Positions 1 through 11,020 of a DNA stretch of 36,611 bases are shown here, one piece after another (positions within the stretch are counted from its first letter, which is position 1; the number at the start of each line of letters is the position of its first letter). Source of the stretch: Psychrobacter sp. (lineage in GTDB: Bacteria > Pseudomonadota > Gammaproteobacteria > Pseudomonadales > Moraxellaceae); assembly GCF_035469765.1 (NCBI RefSeq), contig NZ_DATIRM010000119.1, forward strand, positions 1-36,611. Direction: 5' to 3'. Under the pieces are notes generated by a model. It searched no databases. It was not told the origin of the DNA and saw nothing but the letters and a program-made list of their open reading frames with translations. Position numbers and translations under genes: made by a program.

Positions 1-151
1 AGCCTCATAAACTGACACGTAAAATCAAACCTATATAAACCTCAACTCTGTATATATACCCTCTATCGCCCTAATACCATTGTTTTAATTAATATCGTGA
101 TTTGTGCTAATAATGGCATCTCTCATCTTATCAACTGCTAACGACCTATCT

Positions 152-1420
152 ATGAATCTTACTGAATTAAAGAAAAAATCAATCGCTGAGCTATTGGCCA
201 TCGCTAAAGAGATGGGTCTTGATAATATGGCGCGTAGCCGTAAGCAAGACATTATCTTTGCTATCCTAAAAACCCATGCCCGTAATGGTGAAGCCATTTA
301 TGGTGACGGCGTGCTTGAGGTTCTTCCTGATGGTTTTGGCTTTTTGCGCTCATCAGAAGGCTCTTATTTAGCAGGTCCTGACGACATTTATGTCAGCCCT
401 AGCCAAATTCGCCGCTTTAGTCTAAAAACCGGTGACAGTATCGCTGGTACGATTCGTCCACCAAAAGATTCTGAGCGTTATTTTGCGCTGCTAAAGGTTG
501 GTGAGATCAACTTTGATACGCCAGATCGCTCACGTCATAAGCTTATTTTTGAGAACTTGACACCCTTATTTCCAACTGAGCAGCTAAAGCTTGAGCTTGG
601 TAACGGTACCACTGAGGACTTGACTGGTCGTATCATCGACCTGATTGCACCGATTGGTAAAGGTCAGCGTTCTATCATCGTCGCACCGCCAAAAGCGGGT
701 AAAACGATGCTACTACAGACAATCGCTCAGTCGATTACACGTAACAATCCTGAATGTTATCTGATCGTACTACTGATTGATGAACGTCCAGAAGAAGTCA
801 CCGAGATGGTACGTACTGTACGCGGTGAAGTGGTTGCCTCTACCTTTGATGAACCGCCACAACGTCACGTACAAGTCGCTGAAATGGTCATCGAAAAAGC
901 CAAGCGCTTGGTTGAACATAAACAAGACGTGGTCATTCTGCTTGACTCAATTACCCGTCTTGCCCGTGCTTATAACACCGTTATTCCTTCATCAGGTAAA
1001 GTGTTGACCGGTGGTTTGGATGCCAATGCCCTTGAGCGTCCAAAACGTTTCTTTGGTGCTGCTCGTAATATTGAAGAAGGCGGCAGCTTGACCATTATTG
1101 CCAGTGCCCTTATTGATACTGGTAGTAAGATGGACAGCGTTATCTTTGAAGAATTTAAAGGTACCGGTAACCAAGAGATTACCCTTGAGCGCGACTTGGC
1201 TGAAAAGCGTGTCTTCCCTGCGATTAATATTAAAAAATCTGGTACGCGCCGCGAAGAGCGTCTACTGGACGAAGACAAACTGCGTAAGGTTTGGATTTTA
1301 CGTAAACTGCTTCAACCGATGGATGGTGTACAAGCAACCGAGTTCTTGTTGGACCGTTTAAAAGAAGCCAAAACCAACGACGAATTCTTTGAGCAAATGA
1401 AACGCAAGTCACAAAATTAA
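152..1420 (+). CDS. rho: Transcription termination factor Rho
   Basis: Typical MNLTELKKK start, DGFGFLR RNA-binding motif, APPKAGKT P-loop, [11 protein letters not shown] and [11 protein letters not shown]. Start moved from 104 to the ATG at 152. Confidence 0.98.
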   Translation: MNLTELKKKSIAELLAIAKEMGLDNMARSRKQDIIFAILKTHARNGEAIYGDGVLEVLPDGFGFLRSSEGSYLAGPDDIYVSPSQIRRFSLKTGDSIAGTIRPPKDSERYFALLKVGEINFDTPDRSRHKLIFENLTPLFPTEQLKLELGNGTTEDLTGRIIDLIAPIGKGQRSIIVAPPKAGKTMLLQTIAQSITRNNPECYLIVLLIDERPEEVTEMVRTVRGEVVASTFDEPPQRHVQVAEMVIEKAKRLVEHKQDVVILLDSITRLARAYNTVIPSSGKVLTGGLDANALERPKRFFGAARNIEEGGSLTIIASALIDTGSKMDSVIFEEFKGTGNQEITLERDLAEKRVFPAINIKKSGTRREERLLDEDKLRKVWILRKLLQPMDGVQATEFLLDRLKEAKTNDEFFEQMKRKSQN

Positions 1421-1465
1421 TTTGTAATCATTCTGCTAAACTCATTCATATATTTGATTCATATT

Positions 1466-1490
1466 AAGACTGCCACTAGGCGGTCTTTTT
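1466..1490 (+). terminator. Intrinsic terminator after rho
   Basis: AAGACTGCC-ACTA-GGCGGTCTT stem (one G-U) followed by a T-run. Confidence 0.8.
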
Positions 1491-1740
1491 CGTTAATGAT
1501 TATCAAAATATTAGCATATCTATTTCCGATACAACTATCCAGTATCAGGCAGAATCTCGCTTGATGACACAGTGTGGCAACATCAATTACAGCTCGTTTG
1601 CAAAGTTTAGCGTTTCTACTACGAATATGTAGCCACTAACCGACTATTATGATGGATAGTAGGAATACATTTGAAAATATTATGGACATCATATTTTCAA
1701 GATATCGTATTTTAAATTTGATGAATTAATAGGTAATATT

Positions 1741-1980
1741 ATGAAATTTGCTAAAATGATCGCAATGACGGCAATTACTAGCTCTGCTCTTATCATGGGT
1801 GGCTGTGCTACTAACGGATACAACAGCGGTTTGAGCAATACCGCTAAAGCTGCCACCGCTGGTGCGGCTGCCGGTGCGCTTATTACAAGTAAAGGCGACA
1901 GCAAAGACATCGCTCGTGGCGCAATTGCTGGTGCAGTTATCGGCGGTACTGGTGGTTATATTTATGACCAAACCAGATAA
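1741..1980 (+). CDS. Small glycine-zipper lipoprotein (79 aa)
   Basis: Signal peptide ending LIMGG-C, GAAAGA and GAIAGAVIGG glycine-zipper segments, AGGT RBS and a terminator downstream. Confidence 0.85.
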   Translation: MKFAKMIAMTAITSSALIMGGCATNGYNSGLSNTAKAATAGAAAGALITSKGDSKDIARGAIAGAVIGGTGGYIYDQTR

Positions 1981-2048
1981 TCAGTTTTTAAGCAGCTATT
2001 TTGGCACATATATTTTAATTGAAGATATTACCTAGCCAACTAGCTGAT

Positions 2049-2080
2049 AAAAAAGCCTGCAACTAATTGCAGGCTTTTTT
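2049..2080. terminator. Bidirectional intrinsic terminator
   Basis: AAAAAAGCCTGCAA / TTGCAGGCTTTTTT perfect inverted repeat between convergent genes. Confidence 0.9.
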
Positions 2081-2141
2081 GTATCTAGTAGTTTTAATTT
2101 GATTAACAAGCAATCTTTCTAGATTAGCTTATAAAATCGAG

Positions 2142-3026
2142 CTATAAAGCACCACTAAACGTATCACAAGATTGGACGTTACCACTCTCTAGACCACGCG
2201 TAAACCACTCTACACGTTGTTGGCTAGTACCATGAGTAAAGTTATCAGGCACTACCGCGCCGCCGCCTGCACGTGCTAAGCGGTCATCACCAATTTGACC
2301 AGCCGCATTGATGGCTTCATCGATGTCTCCTGCTTCTAAAAATTGTACACGCTCTTGATTGCGCTGTGCCCAAACACCAGCAAAGCAATCAGCTTGCAGC
2401 TCTTGTAGTACAGACAATTTATTCGCTTGCGCACTCGTCACTTGACGACTGGCTTCATTCACTTGCTGAGTAATACCGAGTAAAGTCTGCACATGATGAC
2501 CTACTTCATGAGAGATAACATAGGCCTGAGCGAAATCTCCAGCCTTGTTTTGATTCTCGCTATCGCCCGAATTTTGAATATCACCAGAAATACCGAGCTT
2601 TTGGCGCATCTCTACAAAAAACGACGTATCTAAATAGACTGTCTGATCACCTGGACAATAAAAAGGACCGGTCGCTGAGCTGGCACTACCACAGGCAGAA
2701 CTGACTTGCCCATTAAACAAAATTAATGATGGCTCTTTATAAGTGCTACCGCCCTCATTGAATATCTGATGCCAGACTGCTTCAGTATCTGCCAACACCA
2801 CTTTGACAAACTGTGTATCCCGGTCGTCACTGGTTGCAGGCTCAGTGGATGTACTACCACCGCCTGCGACCTCTTGACCGGTCTGTAATGCGGTCATCGG
2901 GTTTACCCCAAATACTAGCCATAGAATACCAGCGATAATAATACCGCCGATACCGCCGCCAATTAATTTACCGCCACCACTACTGGTACGTACGTTAGAA
3001 CTGCCCCGTCTGCCTTGCCATTTCAT
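2142..3026 (-). CDS. ypfJ: Neutral zinc metallopeptidase, YpfJ family
   Basis: MKWQGRRGSSNV start, Gly-rich TM anchor, SACG...GPFYCP, HEVGH zinc motif and ELQADCFAG; GGGAG RBS. Confidence 0.9.
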   Translation of the reverse strand: MKWQGRRGSSNVRTSSGGGKLIGGGIGGIIIAGILWLVFGVNPMTALQTGQEVAGGGSTSTEPATSDDRDTQFVKVVLADTEAVWHQIFNEGGSTYKEPSLILFNGQVSSACGSASSATGPFYCPGDQTVYLDTSFFVEMRQKLGISGDIQNSGDSENQNKAGDFAQAYVISHEVGHHVQTLLGITQQVNEASRQVTSAQANKLSVLQELQADCFAGVWAQRNQERVQFLEAGDIDEAINAAGQIGDDRLARAGGGAVVPDNFTHGTSQQRVEWFTRGLESGNVQSCDTFSGAL

Positions 3027-3565
3027 AGTTTCACTCCCAAAAAATCCGATACTTTACGTTGTATGTACCAATTATTATTGATGTTATATAATTTTTAGCT
3101 CAGTCCTGTGATTCAACCCTTTAAGCAGCTAGCATAATGTGTAATAGATTAACCAATCACTTTTCGCTGATTCGTTGTGCTCCTAGCTTTCTTTATAATT
3201 GACTACTATTGTATGAATTTACTCATTCAATCCCTATGCCATTTATCCTAGAGTAAGAATACAGATAGATAAGAGTAAGAATATTAAGACATAGATACCT
3301 TATTTCAAATAGCCTGATGTCGTTGATTATACGTCGATTAATTTGATTTATTGTATTAAGAATTATGTAATATGAGTAAAGAAAAACCTCGTTTACAATT
3401 TTATTGTAACTTAATTGTACAACCTCTTTCCATGAAGAAAGAAATCATATAGAATGCGTGGAAGCTGAGTAGCTGTGACTAAGACTAGTTGAATATCTGA
3501 GACATCTCGGACATTCGACCTTTTTTTTGCTGCTACTGCTCATTCAATTATCCCGGAGAAAACCT

Positions 3566-3922
3566 ATGAACTTAAAATTACTTGCTCTAGCTGGTATCAT
3601 GACTGCAACTATGGGCTTAACTGCCTGTGATAGCAACAAAGAAAACGCTGCTGAAGATTTATCTGACGCGCAAGAAGAAGTGACTGACGCTTCTGAGCAA
3701 TTAGACGAAGCTGCTGCTGAAGGCGAAGCTGTTCCTGCTGAAGCTGAAGTTGCTGTTGATGCCGCTGCAGCTGACATCACTGAAGCACAAGTTGCTACTG
3801 CTACTGACGAAATGGACGCTGAAGTACCTGTAGACGGTACTACTACTAGCGTTGACGTAGCTAGCGAAACTCCAGCTGTAGACGCAGCTGACGAAGTTGT
3901 AGTTGAAGAACCAGCTCAGTAA
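3566..3922 (+). CDS. Highly acidic, Ala-rich low-complexity lipoprotein (118 aa)
   Basis: GGAG RBS before the ATG at 3566; lipobox LTA-C; mature part has 30 D/E in 98 aa; strong GCT/GAA codon bias; terminator follows. Confidence 0.85.
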   Translation: MNLKLLALAGIMTATMGLTACDSNKENAAEDLSDAQEEVTDASEQLDEAAAEGEAVPAEAEVAVDAAAADITEAQVATATDEMDAEVPVDGTTTSVDVASETPAVDAADEVVVEEPAQ

Positions 3923-3953
3923 TTTTTATTTTCATAAATAAAAATACTGCACT

Positions 3954-3984
3954 AAAAAAAAGAGAGCGTAAGCTCTCTTTTTTT
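3954..3984 (+). terminator. Intrinsic terminator after the acidic lipoprotein
   Basis: AAAAAAAAGAGAGC-GTAA-GCTCTCTTTTTTT. Confidence 0.9.
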
Positions 3985-4026
3985 ATGTCTGAAATTTATG
4001 TTTTATAAAACTAAAACGTCGTCGCA

Positions 4027-4085
4027 TAAAAAATGATGGCTATGACAGTCAATTTAACATATGACTGTCATAACCATCATTTTTA
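4027..4085 (-). terminator. Long hairpin terminator after ihfA
   Basis: Inverted repeat AAAAATGATGGCTATGACAGTCA / TGACTGTCATAACCATCATTTTT; the single mismatch becomes a G-U pair on the minus strand. Confidence 0.75.
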
Positions 4086-4102
4086 ATCACTAGCTATGAC
4101 TA

Positions 4103-4402
4103 TTATAGATCAAATAAACGCTCGTCGACCTGTTGGCGGAATTTCTGCCCTGTTTTAAAGGTCACCACACGGCGCGCCGATACCGCAACTGGCTCCCCTG
4201 TCTTAGGGTTACGACCTGGGCGGCTATTTTTGTCTTTAAGCTCAAAGTTGCCAAAGCCTGAAAGCTTGACCTCTTTGCCATCAATCAAACTCTCTGACAA
4301 TTCGTCAAAGAAATTCTCTACCAAACAGCGACCTTCTTGGCGCGTTAGGTTTAGATGATTCATCAAATGCTCAATCATGTCAGATTTGGTTAAGGTGCTC
4401 AC
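4103..4402 (-). CDS. ihfA: Integration host factor subunit alpha
   Basis: LTKSDM...VKLSGFGNF...[10 protein letters not shown]...ARRVVTF; GTG start with AGGAG RBS; canonical position after pheT. Confidence 0.96.
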   Translation of the reverse strand: MSTLTKSDMIEHLMNHLNLTRQEGRCLVENFFDELSESLIDGKEVKLSGFGNFELKDKNSRPGRNPKTGEPVAVSARRVVTFKTGQKFRQQVDERLFDL

Positions 4403-4605
4403 AGTACGACTCCTATGCTATGTCGTGATGTCGAATATCATGGTTTAGCGGTATGAGAATTAATGTTAGCTATTATAAAGGTTTTTTCGCGTATTTTTAA
4501 TAAAGTCTACATTAAAATCCTTTATTAATAACCACTTAACTCATTTTTGAAAATTTATATAAAAAACAGTCGATATAAAAGATGGTTCTTGGCAATCATA
4601 AAATT

Positions 4606-4646
4606 AAAAACGCTCTATAGCCCTGTTTATATTAGGGCTATAGAGC
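4606..4646 (-). terminator. Intrinsic terminator after pheT
   Basis: GCTCTATAGCCCT / AGGGCTATAGAGC 13-bp stem with a minus-strand T-run. Confidence 0.75.
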
Positions 4647-4668
4647 ACGCATCTTTTATGATGAAAGG

Positions 4669-7083
4669 TTAACTGTCGCGCAGCTGTACTGAATGCTGAA
4701 CCGTTAGCGCTTGTACCACATTGTCAGTAGCCATTTTTACAACGTCATCTGATAGGGTTTGTGCTTTATCTTGCCATATCAAGGCAAAAGCTAACGAACG
4801 CTGACCCGTTGGTACTTTATCGCCTTGGTAAACATCGAATAACCATAAATCGCTCAGAAGCGCACCTGCCGCATTACGTATGGTTGACTCTAATGTCTGT
4901 AGGCTAATATCATTATCTACCAAGATGGCAATATCGCGGCGTACTTGCGGGAACTTACTTGGCGTTGCGATGCTATGCTGCTCACGAGCAAGCGTTAGCA
5001 ATGGTGCCAGTGACAACTGCGCAACCCAAGTAGCAGGTAGGTCTAGTTGCTTAGCCGTATTGGGATGCAATTGTCCAAGCCAGCCAATATATTGGTCATC
5101 AATATATAGCTTAGCGCTCTGTCCAGGATGAAGGAAATTTAGTCCACTACGCTCATAGCGAATACGTGAGCTCGCCATTTTCACCGGCAATAACTGCTCA
5201 ATATCATGCTTCAAGTCATAAAAATCTAGCGCACGGTTTTGATAAGCTTGCTCATCCCATACATCACCCACTGCCACTATGGCAATACTTGGCGTTTGTA
5301 CTAAATCACTAACACTATGACCGACAAAGCTCAGACCTGTTTCAAAGAAACGCACGCGTGACTGCTGGCGATTTAGGTTATATTGCACACATGGCAATAA
5401 GCTTGATAGCAAGGTACGACGCATCACCGCCAAATCGCTGGAAATAGGATTTGCCAATGCCAACACTGCACCCAATGCTTCATCATCAAGCAAGGCTTCT
5501 AGTTTGGCATCACTAAAGCTAAAGCTAATCGCTTCCATATAACCATTATCGACCAATGCTAGCTTCATCTCATGGGTCAAGTCTGCGGTATCGTCATAAT
5601 CCATACTGACTTGCAAATGCGGCAATATACTTGGAATATTGTCATAGCCATAGATACGAGCAATCTCTTCGATCAAATCTTCTTTGATGCTCATATCAAA
5701 GCGATACGATGGCGGCGTACAAATAAGGCTATCTACTTGCTGCTCTACTTCAAACCCTAACTGGGTTAAGATACGTACCATGATTGCTGGCTCAATCTCA
5801 ATGCCAATGACATCACGAACCTTAGCAATTGGTAATGTAATAGGCGCACGTACAGGCAAATGATCGCTATTTTCCACTACTAAAACTTGCCCTGCTTGGC
5901 TACTTGTAACGCTAGTAATCAAATCAACAGCACGCGCTAAAGCAAGCGTTGGCAATTCAAAATCGACACCACGCTCAAAACGTTGTGAGGCATCGGTATG
6001 CAGACCAAAACGGCGTGCGCGCGCAGCGATAGCCAATGGATTAAAGAAGGCACTCTCTAACACAATATTGGTGGTGCTATCGGTAACACTACTACGCTGA
6101 CCACCCATAATACCGGCAAGAGCAAGTACGCCTTTATCATCAGCAATGACCAATTCATCACCCGTTAAGCTAATGGTCTGCTCATTGAGTAAGGTAATGG
6201 TTTCTTCAGGCTGTGCCAAACGCACAACGATATCGCCCTCGATAGTATCAGCGTCAAACGCATGTAACGGTTGACCCAATTCCATCAACACATAGTTGGT
6301 CACATCAACTAAAAAGTTGTGCGAGCGTAGTCCTGACTGCACTAGTGCATCTTGCATCCATTTTGGCGTATCGATAGTACGATCGATATTGCTTATCGAC
6401 TGTAAAAGGTAGCGTGGACAAGCTTCTACCGCACTGACTGTCACAGCTGGCATATTTTGCATAGCTTCGTTTTGAGTAACATCGCTATTATCAGGGATAT
6501 TTGGCATTTGTAACGGCAAATCATTAATCACTGATATCTCGCGCGCCATACCACGTACGCTAAAGCAATCACCGCGATTTGGAGTAATAGAGATATCTAG
6601 GATTTGATTGTCTAAGCCCAAATATTCACGGATATCCATACCGATTGGGGCGTCAGCTGGCAATTCAAGCAAACCGTCTATGCTATCAGTTAAATCAATT
6701 TCAGAAGCACCGCAGAGCATACCGTTCGAGTCGACACCGCGTAAGTTGCCATTTTTAATGTGGAAGCCCGCACCGTTATCAGAAGGTAAAACAGCACCGA
6801 CGGTCGCAACAGGTGCTTTCATACCAACAGTCACATTGGGCGCGCCGCAAACGATTTGTAACGGCTCAGCTGCACCAATATTAACCTGCGTCACGCGCAA
6901 TTTATCGGCATCTGGATGCTGCTCGACGCTGATAACTTCACCGACGACCACACCACTAAAGGCACGAGCAACCGCATAGCGATCATCAATCTCAAGTCCT
7001 GCCATCGTTAGTTGGTCTGCCAACTGTTCACTGTTATTGTTGGGATTCACCCATTGACGTAGCCATTGTTCGCTAATTTTCAT
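4669..7083 (-). CDS. pheT: Phenylalanine--tRNA ligase beta subunit
   Basis: MKISEQWLRQWV, HPDADKL, IVCGAPNV, ITPNRGDC, RFERGVD, DLIEEIARIYGY and C-terminal anticodon-binding domain. Confidence 0.98.
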   Translation of the reverse strand: MKISEQWLRQWVNPNNNSEQLADQLTMAGLEIDDRYAVARAFSGVVVGEVISVEQHPDADKLRVTQVNIGAAEPLQIVCGAPNVTVGMKAPVATVGAVLPSDNGAGFHIKNGNLRGVDSNGMLCGASEIDLTDSIDGLLELPADAPIGMDIREYLGLDNQILDISITPNRGDCFSVRGMAREISVINDLPLQMPNIPDNSDVTQNEAMQNMPAVTVSAVEACPRYLLQSISNIDRTIDTPKWMQDALVQSGLRSHNFLVDVTNYVLMELGQPLHAFDADTIEGDIVVRLAQPEETITLLNEQTISLTGDELVIADDKGVLALAGIMGGQRSSVTDSTTNIVLESAFFNPLAIAARARRFGLHTDASQRFERGVDFELPTLALARAVDLITSVTSSQAGQVLVVENSDHLPVRAPITLPIAKVRDVIGIEIEPAIMVRILTQLGFEVEQQVDSLICTPPSYRFDMSIKEDLIEEIARIYGYDNIPSILPHLQVSMDYDDTADLTHEMKLALVDNGYMEAISFSFSDAKLEALLDDEALGAVLALANPISSDLAVMRRTLLSSLLPCVQYNLNRQQSRVRFFETGLSFVGHSVSDLVQTPSIAIVAVGDVWDEQAYQNRALDFYDLKHDIEQLLPVKMASSRIRYERSGLNFLHPGQSAKLYIDDQYIGWLGQLHPNTAKQLDLPATWVAQLSLAPLLTLAREQHSIATPSKFPQVRRDIAILVDNDISLQTLESTIRNAAGALLSDLWLFDVYQGDKVPTGQRSLAFALIWQDKAQTLSDDVVKMATDNVVQALTVQHSVQLRDS

Positions 7084-7151
7084 AAGTATCTCGGATCAGA
7101 ATTTTATAATAAATATTTTAGAATAAAGGGTGACGTATTATTAACGAAAAT

Positions 7152-8282
<1,131 letters not shown>

Positions 8283-8377
8283 TCATGTGACAATAATATT
8301 AATGATATGAATGGCTTGAATATTTAGACGACGATAATTTAGACAACAATAAATGCTGTTTTATAAAAGGGTATGTA

Positions 8378-8406
8378 ATTATAGCGCTAAAAAATTGGCT
8401 GTCCGA
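8378..8406 (-). promoter_or_regulatory. Putative sigma70 promoter for pheST
   Basis: Perfect TATAAT on the minus strand (8378-8383) just after the rplT terminator; -35 is weak. Confidence 0.45.
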
Positions 8407-8417
8407 CAATGTTATAT

Positions 8418-8447
8418 AAAAAAAGCCACCGACCAGCGGTAGCTTTT
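8418..8447 (-). terminator. Intrinsic terminator after rplT
   Basis: Minus strand AAAAGCTACCG...CGGTGGCTTTTTTT; the G-U pair and U-tract both favour the minus orientation. Confidence 0.8.
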
Positions 8448-8546
8448 ATTAATATCGTACTATTAATCAATATTATTCCTATCCATATAGATAACTACTT
8501 ATAAATAATGACTTAACAAGCAGCATACCTAAAGAAAGGTTAATAT

Positions 8547-8903
8547 TTATGCTAGTTCCGCTTTTGCTTTTTCAACCAATGCTGTGAAAGTCGCTGCATC
8601 ATGCATAGCGATGTCAGCAAGTACGCGACGATCGATTGCGATGTTGGCTTTTTTCATACCATTGATAAAGCGGCTATAGCTTAAGCCGTTTAAGCGTGCA
8701 CCAGCATTGATACGTGCAATCCAAAGACGACGGAAGGTACGTTTTTTGTTGCGACGGTCACGATAAGCATATTGACCAGCTTTGGTCACTGCTTGTACCG
8801 CTACGCGGTAAACACGTGAACGGGCACCGTAGTAGCCTTTTGCGCGTTTTAGGATTTTTTTGTGACGACGATTCGCCTGTACACCACGTTTTACACGGGC
8901 CAT
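8547..8903 (-). CDS. rplT: 50S ribosomal protein L20
   Basis: MARVKRGV...KGYYGAR...QYAYRDRR...LWIARINA; GGAG RBS. Confidence 0.99.
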   Translation of the reverse strand: MARVKRGVQANRRHKKILKRAKGYYGARSRVYRVAVQAVTKAGQYAYRDRRNKKRTFRRLWIARINAGARLNGLSYSRFINGMKKANIAIDRRVLADIAMHDAATFTALVEKAKAELA

Positions 8904-9053
8904 AAATTACTCCAAGATTTCTTTAATTACTGTTAAACGAGTCACGATGCCATTGAATAATAGACATCGTTATCAGATTGCAAAGTCAGGAATTTTTAAT
9001 TCAGTCGCTATTAATTAAACAGCGCTTAATTAAAGATAAATGACGATAGCCTA

Positions 9054-9251
9054 TTAGATGTATGGGCACATACGACGAACTGCTGCTTCGTCAGACTTGT
9101 CCACCATCTTAAGACCGCGCAACTGGCGAATACGCTTAGCTGATTTCTTGGTCAAAATATGGCTTTTGTTTGCTTGCTTACGCTTGAAGCCGTTTGCTGT
9201 TTTTTTGAAGCGTTTAGCTGCACCGCTTCTGGTTTTCATCTTAACTTTCAT
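9054..9251 (-). CDS. rpmI: 50S ribosomal protein L35
   Basis: [15 protein letters not shown]...[15 protein letters not shown]; directly upstream of rplT. Confidence 0.98.
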   Translation of the reverse strand: MKVKMKTRSGAAKRFKKTANGFKRKQANKSHILTKKSAKRIRQLRGLKMVDKSDEAAVRRMCPYI

Positions 9252-9362
9252 GATGATTTGCCTCTTTGTCTTTGATAGAACCTGGTCGTCAAATAGTTAA
9301 AAGAGAATAGTCGCTGTAAAAACAAGCACTAAACCTCTATTTGCCTCGAGGTGGGAGGCGCT

Positions 9363-9392
9363 ATTTTAGCAGATAGGTCGCTGTTTTGCCAA
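9363..9392 (-). promoter_or_regulatory. Putative sigma70 promoter of rpmI-rplT with GC-rich discriminator
   Basis: Minus strand TTGGCA-18 bp-TAAAAT with an extended -10 TG, followed by AGCGCCTCCC. Confidence 0.65.
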
Positions 9393-9718
9393 GGAAAGTT
9401 TTGCTCCCTACTCTTACCGACTCTTCGTGCTGAAAACGAATAACCTTTAGCCTAGGTTATCTTCAAATATTATATAAATAAAAGCTTAAAAATAAAGTGT
9501 GTGTTCACAAATCTGTTATGACTAATTAACAATTATTGGTCTATCAAAATGCAGCTCAGGTATAATTGTCATTTATTGAATGTCATTAAAATATTGAATG
9601 TCAGTCTAAGCTATGTTTAAGTAGTGATTGCGTCTTAATAAAGCTTTAACATAGCGCATTCTGAATCCTGTTATTTAACAAACACTTTACTTCTTTCCAA
9701 TTATAAGACGACAGATAA

Positions 9719-10561
9719 ATGATGACTTTACCTGCATGGCTGACTGCCGTAAATTTTAATGCTGATGGTTTGATTCCTGCAATTGCGCAAGATCATGAGT
9801 CAGGACGTATTTTGATGATGGCTTGGATGAATGCTGAGTCGCTACAATTGACCGCGCAAACGCAGACGGCGGTTTATTTTTCGCGTTCACGTGCCAAGTT
9901 ATGGCACAAGGGTGAATCATCAGGACATACTCAACGTGTACATGATATTCGTCTGGATTGTGATGCCGATGTGATTGTCCTTAGCGTCACTCAAGTAGGC
10001 GGTATTGCTTGTCATACTGGTCGAGAATCTTGTTTTTATCAGCGTTTGAACTTGTCTGGGAGCATGCCTGAATGGCAAACGGTTGATAAAGTACTAAAAA
10101 ATCCTGCTGATATTTATCATTCAACTGAAGTAGCTAATAATCCACAAACCAACAATGCGACAGCTAATAGCTTAGTCAGTTCTGATGCTGATCAAGCCAA
10201 AGCAGATAAAACCTCAATTTTACAGCAGTTGGATCGGGTATTGGCAGAACGCAAACAGGCAGATGCTGATAGCTCTTATGTGGCAAGCTTATACGCTAAA
10301 GGTCTCAATAAAATATTAGAAAAAGTGGGTGAAGAAAGTACTGAAAGTATCATCGCTGCCAAAGATTTTGCTAATTGCGATGAAAATGTAGACAAAGCAC
10401 AATATGATGAAGCACGTTCTGAGCTTATCTATGAAGTCGCAGATGTTTGGTTTCATACCTTGGTGGGTCTAGCATGGTTCGATATCGAATCAGATGCCAT
10501 ATTAAACGAGTTAGGTCGACGTTTTGGTCTATCAGGTATTGATGAAAAGGCGGCTCGATAG
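9719..10561 (+). CDS. hisIE: Bifunctional phosphoribosyl-AMP cyclohydrolase / phosphoribosyl-ATP diphosphatase
   Basis: N-domain [34 protein letters not shown]; C-domain [23 protein letters not shown]; joined by a polar linker. Confidence 0.97.
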   Translation: MMTLPAWLTAVNFNADGLIPAIAQDHESGRILMMAWMNAESLQLTAQTQTAVYFSRSRAKLWHKGESSGHTQRVHDIRLDCDADVIVLSVTQVGGIACHTGRESCFYQRLNLSGSMPEWQTVDKVLKNPADIYHSTEVANNPQTNNATANSLVSSDADQAKADKTSILQQLDRVLAERKQADADSSYVASLYAKGLNKILEKVGEESTESIIAAKDFANCDENVDKAQYDEARSELIYEVADVWFHTLVGLAWFDIESDAILNELGRRFGLSGIDEKAAR

Positions 10562-10659
10562 CTTTTATAAGCTGGGGCGATGCCCTGTTTGATTATTGTT
10601 GCTTTCACCTTTTTGTCACAAGTGCAGGTTATAATATAGCTCTGTTTCACTTCACATAG

Positions 10660-10717
10660 TATGCCGACTTTAAGTGTATGGAATATATCGCTATTCAATA
10701 CACTTAAAGTCGGCATA
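10660..10717. repeat. Long inverted repeat upstream of tatA
   Basis: 20-bp perfect arms TATGCCGACTTTAAGTGTAT / ATACACTTAAAGTCGGCATA, plus an inner 5-bp GAATA/TATTC stem and 6-nt loop; no U-tract. Confidence 0.9.
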
Positions 10718-10751
10718 TAAAGACTGAAAACCAAGACAAAAGGATACTTTT

Positions 10752-10994
10752 ATGGGTAGTTTTTCTATTACGCATTGGCTGATATTATTAGTGGTAGTGG
10801 TGGTCGTATTTGGCACCTCTAAGCTAAGAAACGCCGGTAAAGATTTGGGCGGCGCGGTCAAAGGTTTTAAAGAAGCGGTCAAAGACGAAAATACTGAGCA
10901 CGCTAAAAAGCAGGTGGTGCTCGATCACGATGGCAACGCACACACTGAAGAGCGCCCAACAACCACCAAGGTTGATGATAAGCATAATGTATAG
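10752..10994 (+). CDS. tatA: Twin-arginine translocase subunit TatA
   Basis: [42 protein letters not shown]; AAGGA RBS. Confidence 0.97.
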   Translation: MGSFSITHWLILLVVVVVVFGTSKLRNAGKDLGGAVKGFKEAVKDENTEHAKKQVVLDHDGNAHTEERPTTTKVDDKHNV

Positions 10995-11020
10995 CATCTA
11001 GACAATGATACTGAGCCATT

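Noticed and set aside
8283-8546. pheM-type Phe leader peptide or attenuator before pheS
   Set aside because: No Phe-rich short ORF seen; the spacer holds an ordinary rplT terminator and a probable new promoter.
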